In this document: piece after piece, positions 1-13,083 of the stretch
Layout of the letters: every line of letters begins with the position of its first letter
Position numbering within the stretch: position 1 is the stretch's first letter
Source of the DNA: Octopus vulgaris
Lineage: Eukaryota
Length of the DNA: 64,000 bases
NCBI GenBank assembly: GCA_951406725.2
Contig: OX597832.1
Location: 69,006,001 to 69,070,000, forward strand
Reading direction: 5' to 3'
Notes under the pieces: generated by a model
What the model was told of the DNA's origin: nothing
Database searches by the model: none
What the model saw: only the letters and a program-made list of their open reading frames with translations
Made by a program: the position numbers and the translations under genes

Positions 1-17
1 ATATATATATATATGTA

Positions 18-64
<47 letters not shown>

Positions 65-146
65 GTATATATGTATATATATATAGACATACATATGCAT
101 ACATGTGTGTATGTATCTATATATATATATATTCACACATATATAC

Positions 147-197
<51 letters not shown>

Positions 198-219
198 CAT
201 ATACACATACATATATAGA

Positions 220-1692
220 CACCTACTTGCAGTCCCTCTGACCAATGTCTGGAGAGATTCTTTAGACTCAGGTTATACACCAAAACACCTCCTATCCCAG
301 TCTGTCATCCCGGTTTTCAAGCAGGGAAACAGATCCCTCACAGTCAACTATCACCCAATCTCACTCACCTCCCACATCATTAAAGTGTTTGAAAGAGTGG
401 TAAGATCAAGGATAGCTGGCTTCCTGAAGATCCACAAACATCCTAAATGCAAATCAGCATGGCTTTCGCTTTAGCAGATACTGTCTATCACAGTGCTTAC
501 ACCACATCGATGATACACTTAAAGCTTTGGGAACAGGTTCAAACTCTGATGTCATATATCTTGACTTCAGTAAAGTGTTCGACAGAGTTGACCATAATAT
601 CTTACTCTCAAATTTGGCACATGTTGGAATCTGTGGAAAACTTCTACACTGGATTGAGTATTTCATGGTGAATGGAACATAATATATTGTGGTCGATGGA
701 GTCCACTCAAGCCCAGCAAAAGTCACCAGTGGTGTCCCTCAGGGGACTGTCTTGGGCCTGCTCCTCTTTATAATAAACAACCTTTCCAGCAATGTAAAAC
801 ACTGCAAAGTGAAAATATTTGCTGATGACACTAAGCTCCTGCAAATCATCAATGAAGAAGAAGACCGAACTCAACTCCAGTCTGATCTATATGCTATGAG
901 TCAATGGACAGACAAAAACAAAATGCAACTAAACGAGGGAAAATTTGAGCTGATACATTTTGGAAGAAGGACTATGCTAAAACAACCACACTCTCTTCCT
1001 TTAGTGAAACCTTTCATGGCATCTAATAATATCAGAGAACTAGGAGTAATTGTTGATAACAATGTCAGAATGCCCACATCAGCAATAAGATTGATATAGC
1101 TCATAGGATGGGCTCCTGGATCCTAAGAACATTTTGGTCCAGAGAACAAGGTGTCTTCATTCCAGTTTTCTCCTCCTTTGTATGGCCACACCTCGAATAC
1201 TGCTGCCCCCTGTGGTCTCCCATGCAAAAAAAAACATCTCAAAAATTGTATCACCCCAGAGGGTATTCCCCAAACGAATTAAAGGCATGACTGATCTTGA
1301 TTACTGGGACCGCCTTAAAGCATTGAAAGTCTACTCTCTCCAGCACTGCCACGAACAATATATCATTTGCACAATGTGGAGAATATACCACCAGCATTTC
1401 CCAAATGACCCCTACCCAATTCAGGATCATAACACCTAAATACACTGCAACACAATTTCTTTTCCTGAACAGGCCCTGCCCTATTTAATATTGTCCCAAA
1501 ACAGATCAAAGAGGAAAAGGATTCCATCACCTTTAAATGGAACCTGGACAAATTTCTTCAAGCAATACCAGATAAGTCACCTGTACCTGGATACAACTCA
1601 TTCAACAAGAACTCCTTACTCAAATGGATCATGATACCACAAAACTTGACTTAAAAAGGATTTAGATAATCCTATCAGGTGGTGCTTTTAAG
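220..1692 (+). mobile_element. 5'-truncated, frameshifted CR1-clade LINE (RT region to 3' UTR)
   Basis: ORF fragments give [58 protein letters not shown] and HLEYCCPLWSP, typical CR1/L2-group RT motifs, split across frames. Confidence 0.9.
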
Positions 1693-2268
1693 TTAGATAT
1701 GTTCAATCTGTGATTGAACATATCTAAGTTATATATATATAGGCATATGTGAATATATTTAAGTATGTATATGTGTGATTAGGTTGATACATATGCATAC
1801 ACCTACATGTATACACGCACAGAAATGTGTGAGTGTGTGTGTATGTGTGTGACTGTGCCTATTGCCCTACAAATTTGAAGTCACTGTCAAAATAGTTTTT
1901 TACAAAACTAAACAGTGATTCTCAACTTAAATGTTGAGTCCCTTCAATTGATGCTTCTAATTCTATGTAACTTTATGTAAAGAACACGACAAACAAGGAT
2001 CGGATCCATACAACCTTGTGGTTTGTGACCAGCTGAGGCACTTGCTGTTGAACTCATGTTATTTTTTTCTTTCTTTTTCTTTTTCTCCTTCCTTTTCTCT
2101 TCTTTTTCTTTCTTCGCTTATGTTTGTATTTTGTTCAGTTTTGGATTTGTATATTAATGTGATTTTGTATTAGATATGCAGTAGAATGTTAATTAAAGCA
2201 TGCATGTATATGTATATATGTGTGTGTAAGTGTGTGTGTGTGTGTGTGTGTATACATCGTATTTTACC

Positions 2269-2838
2269 CTTTTACTTCCTTCACTCATTTAATTGCAGCC
2301 ATGCTGGAACACCACCTTGAAGTGTTTCTGTTGAACAGTTCACTCCCAGATCTTATTTTTAATCCTAGTATGTATTCTATCCACTCTTTGTTGAACCACT
2401 AAGTTACAGGGACACAAACAAACCGACACCAGTTGTCAAGTGATGATGGGGAACACAGACACAAAGACACACACATATATAATTGGATACAGAATGTGTG
2501 TCATTAGCCAGCTGGAGAAAATGTCTTCCTGGGCTATATACGTCAGTAGCACTGTCCTGTATTGGACACCACTCTTGGTTGGCAGTTATATGTTACAATT
2601 CCGTACTGCTACTGTTTATATCCCACTCAGAGATTTAATATAAATATATACGCATATACATATATACATATGAATATATAGATAGACAATGGGCTTCTTT
2701 CAGTTTCTATCAATCAAATCCACTCACAATGCTTTGTTTGGATCAAGGCTATAGTAGAAAATACTTGCCCAAGGTATGATGCAGTAGGGGTGAACCCAGA
2801 GCTTGTGGTTGGGAAGCAAGCTTTTTATCACACAGCCA
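2269..2838 (-). mobile_element. tRNA-derived SINE, family B (interrupted copy)
   Basis: Shares blocks such as cttctttcagttt..caaatccactcaca..gctatagtagaa..acttgcccaagg with 49977-50372. Other partial copies lie near 4560, 16040, 26325, 45657, 54160 and 62178. Confidence 0.7.
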
Positions 2839-3291
2839 AATGTGGTATACTCTATATGTATATAAGTGTGTGTGTAGGTGTGTGTGTGTGTTTGTGTGCA
2901 TGCATGTGTGGGTTTACATGTCTTTGTGTGTGTGTTGTATGTATGTATATATACAACTGCGTATATATGCATAGTTTTCCTTTATTCACTCATAAAGCAA
3001 ACAATACATAAATGGAAAGAGTTAACTGATATTAAATGAGTCAGCAAAATTTTGAAGTAAAATTTTCCAAAGAGTTCAGCAAAAAACAGAAAAAAAGTCA
3101 AGAAATGAATAACTTTCAGCAAATTTTGTGAAGCAAATACTTTTCATTGACTGAAAGAAAGTGTTTTGCTCAGAAATATAAATTAGTTATGGCAGCTAGG
3201 AAAAAAAAATGTTTAACTGTGTGCCTCTATCTTTTTCTTCATTAGTGTGTATGTGTATGTGCATATACATATATGTATGTATATATATATG

Positions 3292-3333
<42 letters not shown>

Positions 3334-3980
3334 CGTGCATATACATACAGATATCTATATCCACAGACGCATGCATGTGTGTGTGTGTGTCTGTGAGTGT
3401 GAGTAATATTGACAAATATTTCAAAGATGCATCTCAAATATTATTATAGAGAGTGTTAACAAGAGCAAAGAACTTGAAACAAGCAATATTTGAAATTTCT
3501 CTACGTAGAAAAGGAATGATATCTTAAAGTGTTTGACATGAGTAAAATAAGTCAAGTATACATACATCAAATTCTATATATTAAGATCTCTTAGAGAAAA
3601 TGTTCCATTTCAGGCAAGAACGGTGAGGCATCCAGTGCACAATGGTAGTCTTTAGGAGTAGAGTTGCTGTAATGCAACTAACTTTGCACTATTTGTTAAT
3701 CATTATAGGAATCGGTGTTGTAGGAAGTTTATAAATCAGAAACCCTTCTGTATTTATTGAAGCCAGCTTAAACTTGGCATAACATAACTACTGTTGAAAT
3801 TGCATGCAATATTGTACACTAAAAGAGAATAGGTTTGAGAGTTAATTATTAAATAACCGCTTTTATATATCAAATGGTGAGCTGGGTAAGATTTCATTTC
3901 AAGAGATGGAATCACTATTAGTTCTAAATTGCAATCTGTGTATCTTGCTCAATGTAAGAATGCTGTAGTAATGTCACATT

Positions 3981-4239
3981 TAAAGTGATAGCATGTTGTT
4001 AACTTAATGTGACAGTCCTATAAAAGGGAAGAATGCTTCTGTTATTTTGCCCTAGGACACACCTGACTGATGATGAGCAATGATTCTGAAACTAGTCTCT
4101 GGCTTTGCTGGGTGGAGGTGCTTGTCTCCACTTTGAAAACATAAGGACACAAGAAATGTGTTTCCTAGGGTTAAATAACAGTAGCATTCTTCCCTTTTAT
4201 GGGACTGTCACATTAAGTTGACAACATGCTATCACTTTA
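3981..4239. repeat. Inverted repeat, ~82 bp arms (3981-4062 and 4158-4239), enclosing a hammerhead-like motif
   Basis: taaagtgatagcatgttg..cctaggacacac is the reverse complement of gtgtttcctaggg..catgctatcacttta with about 6 mismatches. Confidence 0.9.
4062..4102 (+). ncRNA. Degenerate minimal hammerhead ribozyme-like motif
   Basis: cctga-CTGATGA-tgagcaatgattct-GAAA-ctag-TC-tctgg. Palindromic stem III (ACTAGT), GUC triplet, stem I 4 of 5 bp, poor stem II. Confidence 0.5.
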
Positions 4240-4332
4240 TCGTGATGCTACTGCATAAATCTCTTTGAGAGATTTAGAAATATATTATTCCTAATGTCAC
4301 ATTTGTCTTGAGAATGCATCTTCATAGACATG

Positions 4333-4400
4333 TACAGTAATCCCTTGCCACAGCATGGTTCATCTATTGCATGCTCAGTACATCGTGGTCCTATCGTGGT
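4333..4400 (+). mobile_element. Possible pogo/Tigger-type DNA transposon terminus (solo, decayed)
   Basis: TA followed by CAGTAATCCCT resembles Tigger-type TIR starts (from recall). No partner TIR seen. Confidence 0.3.
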
Positions 4401-4683
4401 TGTGGCTGTGCTGGGGTAACCTTGATAAAAAGATCTCAGTGCATTTATTTTTTAAATCTGGTCCTTTTCTATGAGTCTCTTTTCCCTGGTTTTTAAGTAG
4501 GAGGGGTGGGGTCAAACACAGATACAAAGATACACTAACACACGTGCATGCATGCGTGAAAAGCTTCTTTCAGTTTCTGCCTGTCAAATCCACTCACAAG
4601 GCTTTGATTGGTCCACCAAGTCTATATAGTGGAACCCAGAACCAAGCAGTTGGGAAGTAAACATTTTACCACACAGCCACACC

Positions 4684-4715
<32 letters not shown>

Positions 4716-4803
4716 CATGTGTGTATGCATTTGCGCGTGTATGTAACCATGTGTGTGTATGTATACATGGGTGTGTGTGCATGTGCATGTGTGTGAATGT
4801 ATA

Positions 4804-4857
<54 letters not shown>

Positions 4858-5044
4858 TGAGTGAGTGTGTCTTATATTGACATTGCATGATATCCACAAT
4901 GAGAGTCGTTGATTCCTAAAATCCTGCAAAAACATGTTTGGCCATGGGGGAAATAGATCTTTGCTTGGGAAAAGGTGACCATTTGGTGACAAGTTAGGCA
5001 TCTAACCATAAAAGTTCTGAATCACATATATATACTCTCTCTCT

Positions 5045-5084
<40 letters not shown>

Positions 5085-5827
5085 ACACACATATCTATAA
5101 ACTCACTTGAGATTCTACAAAAAGTAATGAAATCTCCATCAAAGCTAATCAAGGGAATGACACATTGAATAATGTAGTCCTAGATACACTATGTGTAACA
5201 AAAGAACAGGCTGTTCATGGTCAGACGGTTATCTTTGATAATGGGTTTTCTGCATCAGATTTGAGATCTGAGGCTAAACACCAACAACCTCTGCCACACT
5301 AGTCTCTGATATTGCCATTACGACCATTCTTGTTTTCTTCTCATGCCAAGAATTTTCATTTCTCACCAAACTACAAAGTATAAAATCAGGCATGACAGAA
5401 TTGGTTTGATATGTTTTCCTAGATCTAAACGTATGGCATTTGTAGTTCTGCATGATGTATTTTGTAAATCAATCACTCAATGATTTTATAGAGAAAAACA
5501 TCTTGGACATGAGGGTCTTTTCTGCCAATTATGTCCAATATTTTTCAGTTGCTTTTCTTTATATTTTCACATCAGAAATATAACGTCTTAGAAAACTTGT
5601 TCTAGTTTGATTTTTTAATTTCAGCAATATATTAGCACCAGTAATACACTGAGGTTTTTTTCAATAAAGTGAATATCTCTCCTTTGCAGTAATTGTCTGC
5701 GTGTTATATTAAAAATGAAATGAAATTAAAATCTATTCTGTGAATAAGATTAACTTCCAGATGGATTATAGTACTTTCAAGAAGAACAATGTAATTCTCT
5801 TCTAATAATATGCACATATGTACTACA

Positions 5828-7146
5828 TGCAGTCTGACATTGCACATCCAGCAAAGCATACTAGCTTCATTTCGTTCAAGCTTATGCATGTCCTCTGCAG
5901 TCACAGCCCTTTGTTTCACTGCCATGGAGCATGGCTGTTCACACATGGGCATCATAAAGTTTGTCTTTCATTCAGAGAGAGAGAGTGAAGAGAAAGAGAG
6001 AGAAAGAGAGAGAGAGAGACCATTTCTTACCAACAGCGGTAGGAGCTCTCTGAACTTTGCCCAGCCTATTGTTATTCTAGCAGCTATCCTCTCAAACCAT
6101 CCACCTGCACTCCTGATTTGGTCACCCAGATAACAAAAGCTATCAACTGCTTCTAAGTATTCCCCATCTGGCATTTGACAAAGTCTGCTTTCTGTACATT
6201 TCTAATGTTTATTGTACCTTTACATCTGCCACATTCAAAGGCTGTTTTCTCTGCTAACCTTTCTATGATATTGCTACACCTCTTGTGCCCAATACAAGAT
6301 ACACCTTATGGTGTTTCTATCTTTGCCTTTTCTACATATTGAGCAAGGCCATCTCCCTGAAGAGATTTGTGATTTGTCAGTTTCCTAATTACTTGGGCTT
6401 TGATCTTTGCTAAATTATCTCCAAGGTTCTTTGCTTCCACACCTGAAATTTCTTCTCTAGTTCTGGTAGTGATTCAGCTGAACAATATCATCAGCATAGA
6501 GAAGTTCCCAAAAGCAGCATCACTGAAAATCTTCTGTTATTGCCTGGAGGACTATAATAAACAATTGGGGGCTAACGACTGATGCCTGCTGAATGCCTAC
6601 TTCAACACTGAATTCATTGCTAAATTTCTTGCCAACCGTCACCTTGCAAACAACATCCCTGTACATGGCTTGTACAGCTCTCACCAGCCACTCATCTTAA
6701 ATTTTCTCAGTGATCATCAGATAAGGAACCAGGAGACCCTGTCAAAGGCTTTCTCCATGTCAACAAAGGCCAAGTACAAAGGCCATTTTTGGCTTAGTAC
6801 TTCTTCTGCAACTGCCTTACCAGCAATATAACATCAGTAATGCTTCTCCATGACACAAAACCAAACTGCATCTCATCTAGATTAACTCTTTCCCTAATTA
6901 GTTGGGCAATGGCCCTCTCCATAACTTTCATCACTTGATCCAGCAATTTGATGCCTCTGTAATTATTTCTGTCTAAGGCATCACTTTTACTTTTGTGCTG
7001 CTATACCAGTCTTTAGGCATGACTCTCTAGTGTACAACCTGATTAACTAGATGGGTGATGAGACCATATACACCACCACTGGATATCTTCAGCACCTCAG
7101 CAGTGATTCCTGATGGGCTGAGGTATTTACCCATCTTCATAGCTTT
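5828..7146 (-). mobile_element. Decayed RTE-clade LINE RT fragment
   Basis: Minus-strand peptides KMGKYLSPSGITAEVLK, YADD (near 6490), LEAVDSFCYLGDQI..ARITIGWAKFRELLPLL and KLERNEASMLCWMCNV, with many stops and frameshifts. Confidence 0.88.
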
Positions 7147-7219
7147 ACATATCATATAGTATATATCTTTTATGTACATATTATATAAGTTCATATTTAA
7201 TATAGACATTATATATATT

Positions 7220-7271
<52 letters not shown>

Positions 7272-8160
7272 CCCATGCTAGCATGGAAAGCGGACGGTAA
7301 ACGATGATGATGATGATATATATGTTACATACATACACACACATACACATGTATATATGTCTATATCTATCTATCTATCTATCTATCTATATATATATAT
7401 ATATATAAATCTGTATTTTATATATCAAACATCTTAAATCATCATCATTATCGTTTAACGCCTGCTTTCCATGCTAGCATGGATATGTACTTTTATATAC
7501 TCAAACAAATACAGATGTGCATGTGTATGTGTGTGTGTGCAAAAGTATGTCTCTCTATGATGGGAATTTCTTAGAATGGCAGATAAATATGAACAGAGAA
7601 ATTACTATATCTCCCTCATTTAGTAACATGAACATTTTAAACAAATCTTATTTACTTCTACATAGAAGTGTGTGTGGTATATTTAGTAAGAAAATTATAT
7701 AAATGGTCAGATATGTACATATTTCGAGTTTTACTTTCTACTTTTTAACATCTAAAAATCCCTCCAGGCAGTTTCCTTGATGTGATAATGGAACAATCAC
7801 CACGAGTGAACTAACTCTGTCACTACTTGTGTATAAAGTACATGTGGATATATGTGCATTTGCATGTGTATGTGTGTATACATATACAAACACACATATA
7901 CATATTTGCATTTATATGTGTGTATAAGTGTGCATATGTGTGTGTGTGTGCATCCATCTATCCCTACATTTATATGTACATACACAGACATATATACATA
8001 CACACACACACACACACATAATCACATATATGTGTATGTGTGTTGAAAAAGGAGACAGGCAACAGTATGTGTTCGTATATTCATACCTTAATACTCAAAT
8101 GCTAGCATAGAAATGCACAAAAAGTAATAAAACTAAATAATAATAATAAATGGCATTTAC

Positions 8161-8202
<42 letters not shown>

Positions 8203-8446
8203 CATCATCATCATCATCATCATTAGAAAGAACCCAATAAAGGAAATAAAAAAAGCGAAACAAGTTAATTATATTTCTAGGAAACGATCATCGTTGATTA
8301 GCAGGGTATCTAACGAAATTGAGTTCGTCTCTAATGTTTTACTTTCTTAATGGTGATTGTAGGTTCTTCAGCAAGTAATCACCGTCATTTAAGAAATTGT
8401 ATGTAATCAAATGAAAATGTTTCTGATAACTTATTTATTATCAGTT

Positions 8447-8611
8447 TCACTCTAAAAGTGGAATTGCCAGACTATCAGACAGAATGGTTTCCATGAGTTC
8501 AAATACAACAGCTGCCCGGTTTTCTGGTGTAGTTAAAACAGGTCCCAGCAAAGAACTGAGTGTGATTCTGTTGGCTGGACCCTCTCTCAAATTTAAGGCC
8601 ACATAACTAGC
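8447..8611 (-). CDS. Candidate terminal coding exon of an unidentified host gene
   Basis: Non-repetitive open frame ASYVALNLREGPANRITLSSLLGPVLTTPENRAAVVFELMETILSDSLAIPLLE-stop, preceded by pyrimidine tract tttaatttccctcttcaag. An alternative AG gives a start at 8606. Confidence 0.3.
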   Translation of the reverse strand, partial: ASYVALNLREGPANRITLSSLLGPVLTTPENRAAVVFELMETILSDSLAIPLLE

Positions 8612-9039
8612 CTTGAAGAGGGAAATTAAATACATGCAAATAGTGTTTAGAAAAGAACTAGTAATGGCGAGAAATACATAGGAAGTTAATTATTAAACTA
8701 ATGGAGAATATTAGAAATGGCATTGCAACCAGCATGCTAGCAATAAAAATGGCCCTTGACCATTCCTTCAAAGTGAAAGCTGCATTGTCAGAGCAATAGA
8801 GTGTGTTAAAACAATAAGGAATGAAAGCTGTTTGATTGGTTTGGGTTGAGGAGGCATGGTGTGGCAACAATATCTTTATTCAGTCTTTGATGAATCAGGA
8901 TGGATGCATCATCCTATACTGTTCCAGCTGCACTTTGATAAATAGTTCAGAGTAAGGAATAGATGCAAGAGGATTATGGGCTTTATTGCCTACGTTGTTG
9001 GCCTGCCACAACACACAACAGAAGAGGCATTTGAGATAA

Positions 9040-9600
9040 GGGAAGTATCGAATGGTTGGGCAAGGGACAAGTTGCTTGGCTTTGATGGTCTACCTATGAA
9101 TTTTATGGTTTTATGCCAGATCAGTTTGGCAACCTTTTGGCAAATTTCTATCATGGGGTGGTGGTGGCTAAATTCATAATTCTTTGAGCCTAGTGTGTGT
9201 TAATGTTGCTGAGAAAAGATGTCAGCTAAGTGGGTGGGGATATTATAGGCAATTTTCAGTTCATAACCTGGCTAAATGCAGAGCTTCCAATTTAGCCAAG
9301 ATGTTAACAAAGAAGTTTGTGCTTGCATAGGTGAGTTGGCTGGAGAAGCACAAATATATGAGATCCCCAATAAATTCATCTATGACAATCTCCACCTCAT
9401 GCAAAGGAAATGAGTACAAAGTGGGTGTTGAAAGGACCCTGATAATTTCGGTCATTTGAAAGCCTCCAATAAAGTCAACCATTTCTACATGGAAGCAGTC
9501 CTGAAAGCAGCCAGTTTCACACATGTTTCCAGTGGCTGTATTGCAGTTATGCACAGTGGTGTATGTCTGGCAGGCAAAGTAAACAGCCAATTCTCAGAAC
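9040..9600 (+). mobile_element. Highly decayed L1/Tx1-clade RT fragment
   Basis: Broken peptides RDKLLGFDGLPMNF (KSPG-DGLP-EFY type), EAQIYEIPNKFIYDNLHLM and KASNKVNHFYMEAVLKAASF (KAFDRV-H type). Confidence 0.7.
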
Positions 9601-10495
9601 TGTTTCATGCCATGTGCACGATCCCATCTACAACTGGCAAAGTCATGAGTTGCCATCCACAACAACAGTACTTCTCACAGCAGTACCATACATACCAGCC
9701 AATTATAAGCACGGATAACAGAGACAGGACGCCAATGAAGGTAAGGGAATTATCTAACTACCAAGAAGCCAAAATCCAATGCAAAACTGGAAAACAGTAA
9801 TAAATAATATCAGTTAAAGCCCAGTTCTGAAGAGGAATCAGCTCCTGGCAAGGAAGAACTTATATTCTATGAAGAAGAATCAATGTATTTTGAGCAGGAA
9901 TGAAACTCATACCTAAACCAAATGAAAATCACAGCCACATGTGAGAGAAAAGAAAGCTCTGAAAGAATTCTGATACGGCATACACAAGAAATTTCCAGAC
10001 AGGGTATTGACTAAGATGGTAATATAGTTACGTTTTAAAGGGTTAAATATGATAGAACACAAAAGTGAAATTTGTAGATAGAATTTCTGAGATCTTATAA
10101 CTGAATTATCCAGAAGAATTAATCTGCCACACCCCACACCTCATTTATTCACTCTAACAGAAGAGCATTTCACAGAATGTTTTGGAATCAAAGGCTATGA
10201 AGAATACAAGTTGGAAATAGAATGGAAACTCAATCAGACCAGGAATGTGCAGTACGTTGGATGTTCTAATTTTTATATATTTTCTTTTTAATTAGTGCAT
10301 TTAATTACATTTCTTTTTCTGTGTAAATATAATCTTTGATTAGTTTACTTTTATGTGATACATCTTTTGCCCCATTTTCATAAATGATCCATCTTTGTAT
10401 TTTTCTGTATCTCTTCAAGTCCCTCAGCTAACAATCATTATTATTGTTATTCTTAGAACATCTGACAAAATGTCTTGCACTCTTTCTACTTGTTA

Positions 10496-11035
10496 AGGTG
10501 GTGAGCTGGCAGAAATGATAGCACACCAGGCAAAATGCTTAGTGATAATTTGACTAACTTAATGTTCTGAGTTCAAATTCTGCCAAGGTTGATTTTACCT
10601 TTCATCCTTTTGGGGTTGATAAATTAAGTACCAGTTGCATATTGGGCTCGATCTAATCGACTGGCCCCTTCCCCCAATATTTTGGGCCTTGTGCCTAGAG
10701 TAGAAAAGAATATTTCTTCTGGTTCTTTACATTCTGAGTTCAAATCTAGGCAAGGTCAACTTTGTCTTTCATCCTTCTGGGGTAGATAAGATAAAGTATC
10801 AATCAAGTACTTGTGCCAAAATTAGAAACCATTATCATTATTACTAAGGCAGCAAACTGGCTGAATTGTTAGCATGCCAGACAAAATGTTTAATGGCATT
10901 TGGGCCATCTTTAAATTCTGAGTTCAAATTCCACTGAGGTCTACTTGGGTTTTTCAGGGTCAATAAAATAAGTACCAGTTGAGATGTAATCAACTTCCCC
11001 TTCCTTCAAATTTTCTGGCCTTCTCCTAAAATAAG
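10496..11035 (+). mobile_element. Cluster of three SINE family A copies
   Basis: Repeated aaggtggtgagctggcagaa..ttctgagttcaaatt (B-box-like)..ctttcatcctt..gataaattaagtaccag. Further copies near 11625(-), 19797, 20580, 29060(-), 33418, 36700, 38228, 38950 and 39665. Confidence 0.8.
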
Positions 11036-11086
11036 AATTATTATTATTATCATTATTATTATTATTATCATCATCATTATTATTAC

Positions 11087-11617
11087 TGATTGAGAGAGCA
11101 GTGCATGCCATTAAAGTGACACTGGAGTACAAATGTATGAAGCCCAATATACCCATCATGACTATCTGTCTGATAAAGTTACACCAGGCACATGCATCAC
11201 AACCATATGTGTGTGACATGGCACTCTTATATCAATATAAACAGCGCATGACCTTGCATGTGGAGCTCAGAATTTTCTACGAGTAGCCCATCCTGTTCAA
11301 GAGATTTCTGAATAAGATTTGTTTAAGGAAGTTGAACAAAACACCCATGATTCCAGAGATGAATTATTCAAAGACCAAAGAATCCCTCTTAACACACGGC
11401 TATGATGCTCTCCCACTACTTCTGCTCATAATTAGAGATGCACATATCGTCAGCCCCTAAGGGACATGTGCAACTGGTTAAGGTCAAACAAACAACAAGC
11501 AAATCTATTGTATTGAGCAGAATATTTGTTGTAGCTCACCTTTTATGCCAAAACAAAACAATATCAATGATAGCACTTCCAATCTGTTAAGATGAGAAGC
11601 CACAAGAGCCACTGCCT
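11087..11617. mobile_element. Non-coding ~550 bp interspersed repeat, family C, abutting (TTA)n
   Basis: tgagagagcagtgcatgcca..agagccactgcct is collinear with 20095-20436, 40194-40746, 51610-51872 and 52590-52980. Confidence 0.85.
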
Positions 11618-11805
11618 TTTATGGCACTTAATTTATCAATCCTGAAAAAGAGTGAAAGGCCAAGTTGACCTCAGCAGAATTTGAACTCAGAATGTAGCAG
11701 TAAGTGAAATACTGCAAGGCATTTCGCCCAGCATGCTAACGACTCTGCCAGCTCACTGCCTTAAATAATGATGATGATGATGATGATGATGAGGATGATG
11801 ATGAT

Positions 11806-12430
11806 TATGTATGGAATAGCTGAGAACATGTGTGCACTGATTAAGAACAGCATGCCTAGTTGGAAAACACATCTTTCCTGTAACAACCAACACTTAGCTG
11901 AGGTAACAATCAAAAGAGGAATCTTCTAAGGAGACTCTTGTTCACCTCTGTTATTTGTTATAGCCTTGATCCCACTTTCTGTAGTCCTAAGCAAAGTCAA
12001 TGTGCACTATGAGCTGAGAAAGAATGGACCACATACTAAACCACCTTCACTTCATGGATGACTTAAAACTGTTCATTGCAAAAACAAATCCTGAAATGGA
12101 GTGGCTGGTTGGGACTGTACAAATGTGTAGCAAGCATATAGGGATGGAATTCAGTATCTCGAAGTGTGCGGTGCTAACATTGAAGCAGAGGAAAAGAGTA
12201 AATTGTAGGGGCATAGAATTGTCAAACAGAGAGAGGATGGAAGCTGCAAAATATATTGCATAAAGAAATGAAAGACAAGGTCATAACTACATATTTCAAG
12301 TGCCTTAAACTTCTCTTGAAATCAAAACTCAACTCAAGGAACCTTGTAACTGCCATCAAAGTATGAGTGGTTGCTGTAGTCCGCTAAAGTGCACCCATCC
12401 TGAGATAGACACAAGTGGAGATTGACCAAC
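11806..12430 (+). mobile_element. Decayed R4/Dong-like RT fragment
   Basis: IKRGIF-stop-GDSCSPLLFVIAL and LNHLHFMDDLKLF..IGMEFSISKCA, homologous to 34288-36420. Confidence 0.85.
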
Positions 12431-13031
12431 TTAAGTTCTGAGTTCAAATGCTACCAAGGTTAGCTTTGACTTTCATGCTTCTAGGAGAAAGGTGGGGGGG
12501 GGTAGAGATGGGTTGGGGTGGGGGTCAATACAATAAAGTATCAATCAAGTACTGATATTGGTTTAATTGATTAATGTCTAGTCACCCCCTTCCCCAACTA
12601 ACCCCATCACTAATTTCTAGCCTTGCTTCTCTGTTGCAAATATTTATTAGTTTTAGCTGTAGTAGCAGTAGTAGTAGCAGCAGCAGCAGTTTGCACTTAT
12701 TTCTTGGAAATTGGTTTTTAAAAACAAATCATCAATCAATGGAACATCTATTTTTGGGTGAAAGGACACATTTTTTGGTTGTTTCTTGTTTTCTTTTGTT
12801 TTTTTGTTTTTTTTGTCTTTTATTCTGCTGAAACACATCAAAATGACATCCTACTTAAAACTGGTTCCTATCAGATTTGTGTGTGTGTGTATGTGTATGT
12901 ATGTATCTGTGTATATACACATAGAAAAATACAGTTATGTATGTATATGTGTATATAAGTGCATGTGCATATACCTATATTTAGAGATATATACACACAT
13001 AAATACATAGATATATACAAAAATGTGGTTA

Positions 13032-13083
<52 letters not shown>

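Noticed and set aside
820-835. CTGATGA at 822 and on the minus strand near 6490
   Set aside because: These are the ADD codons of LINE RT active sites, with no stem II or GAAA partner.
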